From positions 1 to 55,887 of the IMG/VR virus record IMGVR_UViG_3300009151_000088: a stretch of 55,887 nucleotides of DNA, one strand, 5' to 3'. How positions within the stretch are numbered: the first letter of the stretch is position 1; the number at the start of each line of letters is the position of its first letter. The DNA is from a virus (lineage: Duplodnaviria > Caudoviricetes). Shown in pieces: positions 46,406 to 54,293 of this stretch. A program made the position numbers and the translations under genes. The notes under the pieces are model-generated. The model searched no databases. It was given only the letters and a program-made list of their open reading frames with translations, and was not told the DNA's origin.

Positions 46406-47170
46406 ATGCGTAAAAAACTAGGAATAATTCAAAGCCGAGGGCTGGGCGACATAGTCATAGCCCTGCCCATAGCCCTGCACTATCATCAAGAAGAAAACAT
46501 GGAAGTGTTTTGGCCCGTGGAAGAACAGTGGGTCAACCAACTCAGCAAGTATGTGCCCTGGGTCACATGGATTCCCCTACAGCGTGATGCTGGGGCATTC
46601 TTCTTTGACACACCAATGACATTGTTACAGCAATTGGGCTGTGATCAAACTCTATGCTTGTATCAAGCACTGACAGGACACCCTGAGTTCACCGAAGTAC
46701 CTTGGTTCCAACACGTGGCCTTTGATCGCTACAAGTACATAGCCGCAGGCCTGCCATTCACAGACAAACTACGTTTAACAGAGTGTATTAGCCGGGACTA
46801 CGAAGCTGAAGCCCGTATGTTTGAGCGCATGGTGGGCACTGACCACCCACCCTATGTGGTCACACACCTAAGCAGTAGCGAGCAGACTGTGCGTATTGAT
46901 GCCAGCATGATACCCGAGGGTTGGATGACCATACCTATCACACAGGAAGGATCAATCTTTGAATGGCTCACAGTCATTGAGGGTGCAGAAGCCCTAATCA
47001 TGACGGACTCAGTGATGGCCAACCTAGTTGATGGGTTAAACGTCCAGGGTCCAGAACGCTACTTTATACCTCAGCATCACATACAGTTGACTCCCACACT
47101 GCTAGGTGATTGGACTTGGTTGCACAACCCAGATCTCAAAGCCCATGCTTCTATATTCAGGGCCAGCTAA
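46406..47170 (+). CDS. Glycosyltransferase, GT9/GT-B-like
   Basis: IIQSRGLGDI.IALP.A and C-terminal I.GA..LI..DS..ANL. SD AAGGA, TAAATA upstream. Confidence 0.7.
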   Translation: MRKKLGIIQSRGLGDIVIALPIALHYHQEENMEVFWPVEEQWVNQLSKYVPWVTWIPLQRDAGAFFFDTPMTLLQQLGCDQTLCLYQALTGHPEFTEVPWFQHVAFDRYKYIAAGLPFTDKLRLTECISRDYEAEARMFERMVGTDHPPYVVTHLSSSEQTVRIDASMIPEGWMTIPITQEGSIFEWLTVIEGAEALIMTDSVMANLVDGLNVQGPERYFIPQHHIQLTPTLLGDWTWLHNPDLKAHASIFRAS

Positions 47171-47171
47171 G

Positions 47172-47546
47172 ATGTTGGTTTCTGCACCCATATCAGTGGG
47201 CGAGCTAGTGGATAAGATTACCATATTGGAAATCAAACTGGATCGCATCAACGAAGCCGCTAAACTCACTAACATAGCCCTGGAACTAGGCCATTTAACC
47301 AGCATACTTGAAGGCTTGGATCTCAAGAACACAGAAGCCCTGCTTAGGTCAGATCTAAAAGCGATAAATGCAGAGCTTTGGGACATTGAAAACTTCAAAC
47401 GACACTGTGAAAGCACACAGGATTTTGGCCCAGAATTCACTGAAGCCGCTCGCAGTGTCTACTTGAAAAACGATCAACGTGCGGCTCTAAAACGTGCCAT
47501 AAATGTGCTAGCGGGTTCAACGATCATAGAAGAAAAGAGCTATTAA
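47172..47546 (+). CDS. DUF6165-family protein
   Basis: PIS.GEL.DKITILEIK...L..IN..LWDIE...AR.VY..ND.RA..K..IN...GS.I.EEKSY. Start re-assigned to 47172. Confidence 0.8.
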   Translation: MLVSAPISVGELVDKITILEIKLDRINEAAKLTNIALELGHLTSILEGLDLKNTEALLRSDLKAINAELWDIENFKRHCESTQDFGPEFTEAARSVYLKNDQRAALKRAINVLAGSTIIEEKSY

Positions 47547-48127
47547 TGCTAGAGGACAAGAACACAGCCTTAGAAGCTTATATACAGGTTTTTGAAGATA
47601 TCCTGAGTCTCGATGTTATAGATGCACTCCTGGGCGAATATCTGCACAGCGACGAGTGGCAGGCCACCAAAGTGGGCTCACACAATGTCATAGACCGAAG
47701 TACTCGCAACTGTGACGTCATAAGCATGAGTCAGCCCGGGGTCATAGAGCACAAGAACTCTGAGTTGAGATCTCAGTTAGATCAAGCAGTGTTCAAGTCA
47801 GCTAGTTCAGCAATCACAGCCTACAATATGCGCTTTCCCTTGGCCCAGATCAGCAACGACACGGGCTATGAAATACTGAGATATGAAACCGGGCAGTTTT
47901 ACATAGAACATGTGGACAGCTACACACAGCAACCCCGAGCAGTGAGCTGTAGTTGGATACTCAATGATGACTACGAGGGCGGTGAGTTCAGCTTTTTCAA
48001 TGATCAAATCCGCTACAAACTACCCAAAGGTAGCTGTATAATGTTTCCCAGTACATTTATGTATCCACATCAGATCATGCCTGTGACTCAGGGCACACGC
48101 TTGAGCATAGTCACTTGGTTTATCTAA
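47546..48127 (+). CDS. 2OG-Fe(II) oxygenase (prolyl-4-hydroxylase-like)
   Basis: LRY..GQFY..HVD, LNDDYEGGE..F and FPS...YPH...PV..G.R.S.VTW. Confidence 0.92.
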   Translation: MLEDKNTALEAYIQVFEDILSLDVIDALLGEYLHSDEWQATKVGSHNVIDRSTRNCDVISMSQPGVIEHKNSELRSQLDQAVFKSASSAITAYNMRFPLAQISNDTGYEILRYETGQFYIEHVDSYTQQPRAVSCSWILNDDYEGGEFSFFNDQIRYKLPKGSCIMFPSTFMYPHQIMPVTQGTRLSIVTWFI

Positions 48128-48383
48128 GAGATTTTCAGTAACAATAACAGATACAGTTTGGGATCTAACCAGTAAAAGTCATAGCCTAGACTGCGCCATT
48201 GACTTTGAGGACTAGCATGTACAAGCTTCTGTATGCTAGTATCCGCAACAATCCATATATCGGGACCTCTGTGACTTGAATGTATTCTTCTTGACATTAT
48301 ACCTACAAGTATACTAGATGCGAAGCATAACAGCAAGAATTTTTTAACCAGAGAACTATGACTGTATAGACCATACAGTATAG

Positions 48384-48507
48384 AATACCCCGCTGTAGCC
48401 TACAGTGGTCTACAAATACCCCGCTGTAGCACCAAGCACATAATCACAGTAGACTACAGTGACTACACTATGTACACAGTATGCACTATTGACAAATACC
48501 CCGCTGT
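48384..48507 (+). repeat. Three direct repeats AATACCCCGCTGT
   Basis: Exact copies at 48384, 48415 and 48495 in a non-coding region. Confidence 0.9.
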
Positions 48508-48718
48508 GCGGTCTGAGCACTGCGTCGGCTCGCAGTTCAGAGGTGGGAACATCTGAACTGAAAGCAGTGTGAGCCCGTGGGAAAATGGGGAGAGAACTGG
48601 GAGGGGACTGTGAGAAATGTGGAGAGGGAAGTGGAAAACCATTTGACTATTACCCCTCATCCCCACTGTGGTCTCGCAATTTCTACTATAAAAATCCTAG
48701 GAAACGGTGCTCAAAGTG

Positions 48719-48749
48719 GCCAAAAATCTGCCAAAATCTGCCAAATATT
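48719..48749 (+). repeat. Tandem ~10-mer GCCAAAATCT x3 (imperfect)
   Basis: GCCAAAAATCT GCCAAAATCT GCCAAATATT. Confidence 0.75.
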
Positions 48750-48795
48750 CATAGATTCTGTGACATTTTTGCCACAATATCTACCAGGATTTCAC

Positions 48796-48824
48796 TTGCC
48801 CAAAGTCCAGGATCAGTGTATAAT
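48796..48824 (+). promoter_or_regulatory. Sigma70-type promoter for the tRNA
   Basis: TTGCCC-17 nt-TATAAT, 19 nt upstream of the tRNA. Confidence 0.7.
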
Positions 48825-48843
48825 AAGTATATACTGTAGTATA

Positions 48844-48921
48844 GGGCCGTTAGCTCATGTTGGTTAGAGCAGTGGACTCATAATCCATTGGTGCTGTGTT
48901 CGACTCACAGACGGCCCACCA
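48844..48921 (+). tRNA. tRNA with CAU anticodon, most likely tRNA-Ile2 (lysidine-modified, reads AUA)
   Basis: Acceptor GGGCCGT/ACGGCCC-A-CCA, D arm GCTC/GAGC, anticodon arm GTGGA-CTCATAA-TCCAT, T arm CTGTG-TTCGACT-CACAG. C4-G69 and C5-G68 as in TilS substrates; no initiator features. Confidence 0.93.
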
Positions 48922-49140
48922 AAATTTTAAACCCGAGGATGCAGGATATATGCTATACAAAGAGATCAGGAGCTAGAAGTCTGGGATCTCAGCGTATAGT
49001 TGAGGCTAGTTGTAAACGAACCGTTACTGCGCCAAACCAATAACCAATTACTTCTAGTGGTTAGGGCTCATTATCGAGAGATAGTAGGAATAAGTTGGCG
49101 GGGTCTATATAACGACACCTGCGTATATATAGAACTGACG

Positions 49141-49176
49141 ATAGGGATAATGCGTAATAGCATTATCCCTATTTTC
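49141..49176 (+). terminator. 13-bp hairpin, probable terminator between the convergent tRNA transcript and 49225..49485
   Basis: ATAGGGATAATGC-GTAATA-GCATTATCCCTAT followed by TTT. Confidence 0.65.
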
Positions 49177-49224
49177 TTATTGGATTATCTCTTATGCATT
49201 GTTAATATTATACAGTGTTAATGA

Positions 49225-49485
49225 TTAAACAAATTCGATATTATTAGTACGCAATTGCTTTTTAGCAGTTTCTGTTAAGCGATTAACTTCTGCTTGTAGT
49301 TCCTCATATATAATATCTCCGCTAACATAAGCGCATTTTGCTTGTGTTGGGAATATATGCACAATATCTCCATTATCCTTTTGCTTAGTATGTACATTAA
49401 AAGCGACAACTAGTTTATACAGTTCTCTTTTTTTGTTATATACTAGTTTAGCTTTAGCTAGTGTATTAAATGCATTGCTTAACAT
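49225..49485 (-). CDS. Hypothetical early protein (86 aa)
   Basis: Own consensus promoter (49513-49541), leader ACACGCATACACTAAAAAGGAG. Confidence 0.8.
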   Translation of the reverse strand: MLSNAFNTLAKAKLVYNKKRELYKLVVAFNVHTKQKDNGDIVHIFPTQAKCAYVSGDIIYEELQAEVNRLTETAKKQLRTNNIEFV

Positions 49486-49542
49486 GGGAGCTCCTTTTTA
49501 GTGTATGCGTGTATTATAGCGCAGTTTGGGCTCTCTGTCAAA

Positions 49543-49612
49543 TGTGGCAGTTTATACACACAAGGTTTGGCGGGACATTGGAGTGCCGGAAGTGTGGCAG
49601 TTTATACACACA
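49543..49612 (+). repeat. 20-bp direct repeat TGTGGCAGTTTATACACACA, 50 bp apart, between divergent promoters
   Basis: Exact copies at 49543 and 49593. Confidence 0.9.
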
Positions 49613-49681
49613 CGGCTTGTAAGGACTTGACACTATGGTAAAACCGTGTTACAATACACACTTGTTTAAAGGAAATATACA

Positions 49682-49984
49682 ATGCGTAAAGTTACTAAGT
49701 CTCATGCTCTAGCTATTAATAAATTAATGTTGCCATTAATATGCAGTGTCTCGCATCCCTCTTATGTGTGTGAGGATGCAGACATGGGCTATTATAATAT
49801 GCTAGTGGGAGATATTGCACATAATGTCTCAGCATTAAGTGTGTTTAATAGTACATTAGATGCTGGTGTATTACATAATAGCATTATGCTACAAGATACC
49901 TCACCCAGAGAGCATTTTTTTACTGTGCTAAAGTATATTGAAGATAATGCATTAATTAATGCTAATAAATTCTGTTGCAGTTGA
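49682..49984 (+). CDS. Hypothetical early protein (100 aa)
   Basis: Promoter at 49627, SD AAGGA. Confidence 0.75.
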   Translation: MRKVTKSHALAINKLMLPLICSVSHPSYVCEDADMGYYNMLVGDIAHNVSALSVFNSTLDAGVLHNSIMLQDTSPREHFFTVLKYIEDNALINANKFCCS

Positions 49985-49992
49985 GCAACACT

Positions 49993-50023
49993 GTAAAGAC
50001 CCTGCTTGTTGTAGGGTCTTTAC
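49993..50023 (+). terminator. Hairpin after 49682..49984, probable terminator
   Basis: GTAAAGACCCTGC-TTGTT-GTAGGGTCTTTAC; no long U-tail. Confidence 0.55.
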
Positions 50024-50089
50024 TGATAGGAGTTGACAGTCTGCTAAAAGTTTGCTACAATACACACATACACTAAAAAGGAGTTAAAA

Positions 50090-50335
50090 ATGGGTCAATA
50101 CGCTAATACAGTTAACGCATACGCTATGTCTGCCGCTCGTGCTAAAGTATACACTATGCAAAACACTATGCAAAGCTACGGACAAACCGCTTACATGCTT
50201 AATGTAAGTACAGCAAAGTTCCGCAGGGATATCGAAGCTAAAAAAGTAAAATTTATTGCAAAGCTAGAAAAAGAAAAACTTGCTAAAATGCAAGCAGAGA
50301 TTGCTCACTTGCAAGCAAAGCACAGTGTTGCATAA
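50090..50335 (+). CDS. Hypothetical early protein (81 aa), basic and helical
   Basis: Promoter at 50033, SD AAGGAG. Confidence 0.8.
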   Translation: MGQYANTVNAYAMSAARAKVYTMQNTMQSYGQTAYMLNVSTAKFRRDIEAKKVKFIAKLEKEKLAKMQAEIAHLQAKHSVA

Positions 50336-50403
50336 AAACAACGACCCTACGGGGTCCAGGGTCTTTGGTTGACAGAGTGGTAAAACCGTGCTATAATACA
50401 CAC

Positions 50404-50754
50404 ATGAACAAAGAAACTGTAGCCCGTAAGAAGCGAGTCGATCGCAATCATATCATCTATGAGCTCGTGGTCAATGGCAAGAACTACATCGGCGTCACTG
50501 CTAAGACAGAAAGTACAGTGAACAAATCGGTGCTGTCACGTGCGGCCAAACACTTCTATCGTGCTAAGACAGAGACCAAGAACTGGCTCTTGTGTGCAGA
50601 ACTTCGTAAGCTCAATGACAAGTCAGAGATCGAAGTCTATGTACACGAAGTGATCCGCGGCAAGGCAGAAGCTCACAAGCGCGAAGTAGAGATCCGCAGA
50701 ATGGTCAAGCCCGTGCTGAACACAGATGTCCGCGGTGACTTGACAGCAGGCTAA
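50404..50754 (+). CDS. GIY-YIG-like protein (116 aa), leaderless
   Basis: HIIY.....GKNYIG.T, R...H, A...E..I and P.LN. ATG 6 nt after TATAAT (50392-50397). Confidence 0.7.
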   Translation: MNKETVARKKRVDRNHIIYELVVNGKNYIGVTAKTESTVNKSVLSRAAKHFYRAKTETKNWLLCAELRKLNDKSEIEVYVHEVIRGKAEAHKREVEIRRMVKPVLNTDVRGDLTAG

Positions 50755-50795
50755 GAACCTGCTATAATACACACATACACTAAAAAGGAGCTAAG

Positions 50796-51080
50796 ATGTT
50801 TTCAACAGACAATCAACGATCACTCAAAGCAGAGTTAGATCAGATGTACGCAGATCAGGGCGCGGCATTTACGTCGGGCTACCTGAACAGCATGGCACAG
50901 GAGATGCTGAACCTCATGCCCAAGCGTCAGCAGAAGGCATTTATCAAACAGGTGGCTACCTTCAACGGTCGTCAGCTGATCACAGTGAAGAACTGCCTAA
51001 CAGGCGTAGAGGTTGAGATCCGCAGAGAAGACCGTGGCGGACCCTGCGATCCCAGCACAGAGCGATTCCACTCAATGTAA
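50796..51080 (+). CDS. Hypothetical early protein (94 aa)
   Basis: Promoter at 50740, SD AAGGAG. C-terminal VKN..TG..VEI......CDPSTE.F.SM. Confidence 0.8.
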   Translation: MFSTDNQRSLKAELDQMYADQGAAFTSGYLNSMAQEMLNLMPKRQQKAFIKQVATFNGRQLITVKNCLTGVEVEIRREDRGGPCDPSTERFHSM

Positions 51081-51140
51081 TGGTTGACAGGCACCCGAAA
51101 GGGTGCTATAATACACACATAGACAACAAAGGAGCTTGAT

Positions 51141-51347
51141 ATGCGTACACAGACAACCAAACTGCTGGCAATGATGGACGAGGGCTTGATCAGCGCCGAA
51201 ATGGTTGCTGAGATGTGCCTTGCGTACATGAGCGAGGACGAAGTAGCGGACATGATGCGCTCAAACGACATCTTAGACGAAGAAGACGAGTACGATGGTC
51301 AGCCCGACGAAGCCCAAGAGTGGGCAGACTTTGATCCGGAGTGCTGA
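51141..51347 (+). CDS. Small acidic early protein (68 aa)
   Basis: Promoter at 51084, SD AAGGAG. C-terminal DGQPDEAQEWADFDPEC. Confidence 0.8.
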   Translation: MRTQTTKLLAMMDEGLISAEMVAEMCLAYMSEDEVADMMRSNDILDEEDEYDGQPDEAQEWADFDPEC

Positions 51348-51348
51348 T

Positions 51349-51513
51349 ATGATTGACCAAAAGTTCAAAGAGGTAGAGCGGGCGGCACAAGAGTTCAAAG
51401 ACGCCCTGTTGAAGTTCCGAAGCTTCTACGATCCGGAGACTGTGGGCATTGATGAGTTTTGCGAGCAGATCGACGAAGTATTGTTTGACATTGACCAAGA
51501 GTTGCAGGAATGA
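51349..51513 (+). CDS. Small acidic early protein (54 aa)
   Basis: ATG 1 nt after the upstream stop, SD GGAG. Confidence 0.7.
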   Translation: MIDQKFKEVERAAQEFKDALLKFRSFYDPETVGIDEFCEQIDEVLFDIDQELQE

Positions 51514-51573
51514 TTGGTTGACAGACTGGTAAAATCACGTTATAATTAACACTTACACACACTGGAGCACACT

Positions 51574-51861
51574 ATGAACATCATGCAAATCAACACTGCC
51601 ATCCTGCAAGGCGGCTTCACTAACACCGAGCTGTCCAGCATCATCGATGCAGTCAAGTTCGCTCGCGCACGTCTTACAGAGATGAATAAGCGAAGCCTGC
51701 GTCTGGGAGACACTGTAGAGTTCACCAGCACCAAGACAGGGCGTACCATGCAGGGCACTGTACAGAAGATCGCTATTAAGTATGTCACAGTGGCAACTAC
51801 AACGGGTCTGTGGAGAGTGCCTGCTAACATGTTGACAATGGTTGAAAAGGAATTCGCATAA
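51574..51861 (+). CDS. Hypothetical early protein with SH3-like C-terminal half (95 aa)
   Basis: Promoter at 51518, SD GGAG. L.LGD.V.F......G.V.KI..K.V.V......WRV....L pattern. Confidence 0.75.
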   Translation: MNIMQINTAILQGGFTNTELSSIIDAVKFARARLTEMNKRSLRLGDTVEFTSTKTGRTMQGTVQKIAIKYVTVATTTGLWRVPANMLTMVEKEFA

Positions 51862-52247
51862 TGACACGCTATTACGACACTTTGGCTGAATACGAACGAG
51901 ACGGCTACACAATTATCGTAGACAAGACCTATGAAGACATACACCCCAGTGACCTCTTTGACGATAGCGAGCATGACGTCAAACAACTATGCCAGGACAT
52001 CGAGTGCGGGAATCTTGACTGGTTCATGCTCCGGGTTCGTGTACTGGTCGAAGGACTCGAGTTGGCTGAAGAGTTCCTCGGCGGATGCTTATACACAGAT
52101 GCCCGCGAAGTCCTTAGTGACGGGTGTGCCGAAGACATCATTGACCAGGCTATGACCCATGCTCAAGGGCGGGTCTATGCATTGAGCCGTAAGTTCACAG
52201 AGTTGAGCTACGCACATGACGCGGTGCCTGCCAATGAGCAATATTAA
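51861..52247 (+). CDS. Hypothetical acidic early protein (128 aa)
   Basis: TAATG overlap with the upstream gene, SD AAGGA. Confidence 0.8.
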   Translation: MTRYYDTLAEYERDGYTIIVDKTYEDIHPSDLFDDSEHDVKQLCQDIECGNLDWFMLRVRVLVEGLELAEEFLGGCLYTDAREVLSDGCAEDIIDQAMTHAQGRVYALSRKFTELSYAHDAVPANEQY

Positions 52248-52476
52248 CAAAGACGAAGTACTACAATGGACAGGGGCTTTCTTTATCACAGCAGGGCACG
52301 TACTCAACACCATGGGCAGTGCCTATCACAAGGACGTTTGGAACATTGCGGCCTTTGCTGTGGGAACTTTGCTGTTTCTAACGTGGACGATCCGTGTGGC
52401 AAATAAGCCACAGATGGCAGTCAACGTTGCGGCTTTAGCCACAATGGCAGTAGGGTTATACAAAGCCTTTGGTTGA
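52234..52476 (+). CDS. Small membrane protein (80 aa, about 3 TM)
   Basis: Three hydrophobic segments. Start re-assigned to ATG 52234. Confidence 0.7.
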   Translation: MSNINKDEVLQWTGAFFITAGHVLNTMGSAYHKDVWNIAAFAVGTLLFLTWTIRVANKPQMAVNVAALATMAVGLYKAFG

Positions 52477-52531
52477 CTGAATGGTAAAACCTTGCTATAA
52501 TTAGAACATGAAACAAACAAAGGAACAAACA

Positions 52532-52672
52532 ATGTCAAAAGAGATGTACGAAATATTGGCCGCGCTGGACAAAGCCGCAGAGCTCATGTTTGCATATGGA
52601 CTCAATGGCTATGCTGAAGATGTTGGCATGATGATGGGCGAGTTGGAAGCAGAAGTCCAAGAAGTAGAGTAA
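52532..52672 (+). CDS. Small acidic protein (46 aa; MSKEMYEILAALDKAAELMFAYG...)
   Basis: Promoter at 52473, SD AAGGA. An in-frame leaderless ATG also exists at 52508. Confidence 0.7.
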   Translation: MSKEMYEILAALDKAAELMFAYGLNGYAEDVGMMMGELEAEVQEVE

Positions 52673-52730
52673 ATTGTAGGGCTATTATAGCAAGGTTGAC
52701 TAAATGGTAAAACCTTGCTATAATAGAAGC

Positions 52731-52940
52731 ATAGTAAGTAATTAGGGGTTACCAACTCCGGTAGGTGGCCTAGATAGTGAGTAACCAGTTGACGGACTGG
52801 CACTACTAGGTTACACGAAAGCAGACCCGCAAGGGCGAGGCACGCCGGATCAAGTTGGCTCGTAATGTGGCTGACAGACAAGTCCGTGGACGGCACGGTA
52901 GGGCAGGATCAAAACTGCGTTCGCTGATCAGACATCCCCT
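52731..52940 (+). ncRNA. Putative ~210-nt structured non-coding RNA with its own early promoter
   Basis: Promoter 52696-52724, no SD or sense ORF before the next promoter. Nested stems: AGGGG/CCCCT, CCAACT/AGTTGG, CCGGT/GCCGG, GTGGCCTAG/CTAGGTTAC, TAGTG/CACTA, CCAGTT/GACTGG, CCC-GCAA-GGG, CCGTG/CACGG and GCAG/CTGC. Confidence 0.72.
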
Positions 52941-52998
52941 GGTTGACAAGACCAAAATTACCTGCTATAATACACACATACACTAACAAGGAGCAGAG

Positions 52999-53265
52999 AT
53001 GAACATTCAAACTATCGAAGCCTATGTGGCACAGAAGAACAAGTGGGCCGCGATCTTCAAAGGTCGTCAAGTGAGCCTGCTCAACAAGGCAGATCGTCAA
53101 AGCATTGCCAACAGCCTAGACGCAGACCTTAGCCCAGAGAACTTGACCTGCGATGGCGAGTTGCGTGGTGCAGAGGTTCGCCAGAAGCAGGCCTACCTGA
53201 TGCGTTGCGTAGAGGAACTGATCAGCATCGATCCTACTGTGTCTTTTTACTCTTTGGAGATCTAA
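52999..53265 (+). CDS. Hypothetical early protein (88 aa)
   Basis: Promoter at 52943, SD AAGGAG. LSPENLTCDGE motif. Confidence 0.8.
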   Translation: MNIQTIEAYVAQKNKWAAIFKGRQVSLLNKADRQSIANSLDADLSPENLTCDGELRGAEVRQKQAYLMRCVEELISIDPTVSFYSLEI

Positions 53266-53445
53266 ATGAAGTACCTTTTTGTGATTGCCTTTGTGATCTT
53301 CTTGATCATCATTGGACCCATTGTAACCATTTGGGCATTGAACACACTGTTCCCTGTATTGGCCATTCCTTACACTATGGAGACCTGGGCGGCTGTGATC
53401 TTGATCAAGGGTCTACTCACTGTACAAGTAACAAAGAAGGATTGA
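53266..53445 (+). CDS. Small membrane protein (59 aa; MKYLFVIAFVIFLIIIGPIVTIWALNTLFP...)
   Basis: Not in the track. ATG abuts the upstream stop, SD GGAG, two hydrophobic segments. Confidence 0.75.
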   Translation: MKYLFVIAFVIFLIIIGPIVTIWALNTLFPVLAIPYTMETWAAVILIKGLLTVQVTKKD

Positions 53446-53446
53446 T

Positions 53447-53659
53447 ATGAAAGCCTATGTAACAACTATCCTGCGACAAGAGATCGAAGTGCCGGAAGGC
53501 ACCAGTCGTGAAGATGTGCTAGAGTTCCTAGCAGAGAACCAAAGCTTCGGTGATGCGTTCTTAGGTGTTAGCGATATGACACAACGGTTCCGCATCGTTG
53601 GCATTACTGTGGTAGAAGAAGAGATTACAGAACTTGGAGAGGAGAGCTACGATGCCTAA
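53447..53659 (+). CDS. Hypothetical acidic protein (70 aa)
   Basis: SD AAGGA, coupled to its neighbours. Confidence 0.75.
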   Translation: MKAYVTTILRQEIEVPEGTSREDVLEFLAENQSFGDAFLGVSDMTQRFRIVGITVVEEEITELGEESYDA

Positions 53660-54230
53660 TTGGTGCAACAACACTGTCACGCTGGAACACGCAGATCCAG
53701 CAATGATTGCTCGTGCTAAGGCCGCGTTCATTAAAGGAGAGTTCCTTGCGGAGTTCATTCCGGTGCCAGAGAGCCTACATATCGTAGCAGGACGAGTGGG
53801 TGACCCGGACGAGCAGAAGAAGCTGGAAGAGGACACAGCCCGCAACCTTGCCACACACGGCTACGGCAACTGGTATGATTTTGCTGTCAACGAATGGGGT
53901 ACCAAGTGGGATGTTGGCGGTGGTGATGGAACCTACAATGATATCGAAGGCGGTATCATACTGGGCTTTGACAGTGCATGGGCTCCTCCTATTCAAGCCT
54001 ATGAGAAACTGTTCTACATGGGCTTCAAGATCCGTGCCATGTATTACGAGCCAGGCATGGCTTTTGCAGGCATCTTTGAAGATGGGCAAGACGAATACTA
54101 CGAGTATGGTAACATGAACAGTGATCAGATTGCTGAAGAACTGCCGCCTGAGTTAGATGAGGCGTTTGGTATCAGCGAGTCAGTCGCTGAGTACGAAGCA
54201 GAGCAGGAGAACGAGGAAGATACCGAATAA
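53652..54230 (+). CDS. DUF1281/YubB (Api92-like) ferredoxin-like-fold protein
   Basis: MPNWC.N, WYD....WGTKWD, FDSAW.PP and YYEPG..F.G. SD GGAGG. Confidence 0.8.
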   Translation: MPNWCNNTVTLEHADPAMIARAKAAFIKGEFLAEFIPVPESLHIVAGRVGDPDEQKKLEEDTARNLATHGYGNWYDFAVNEWGTKWDVGGGDGTYNDIEGGIILGFDSAWAPPIQAYEKLFYMGFKIRAMYYEPGMAFAGIFEDGQDEYYEYGNMNSDQIAEELPPELDEAFGISESVAEYEAEQENEEDTE

Positions 54231-54293
54231 CCCTTCGGTTGACAGGGTTATTGAGTTGTGCTATAATACATGCTTATACACTAAGGAGCAGAG

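Noticed and set aside
48844-48921. Initiator or elongator tRNA-Met
   Set aside because: No C1:A72 mismatch and no three G-C anticodon-stem pairs. The acceptor stem fits Ile2 better, although elongator Met is not fully excluded.
48124-49221. ORFs 48124..48336, 48463..48666, 48577..48867, 48585..48839 and 49000..49221
   Set aside because: No SD, atypical composition, and they overlap repeats or the tRNA. Treated as non-coding.
48384-49612. CRISPR array
   Set aside because: The repeats are 13-20 bp in only 2-3 copies with irregular spacing, and no cas genes are present.
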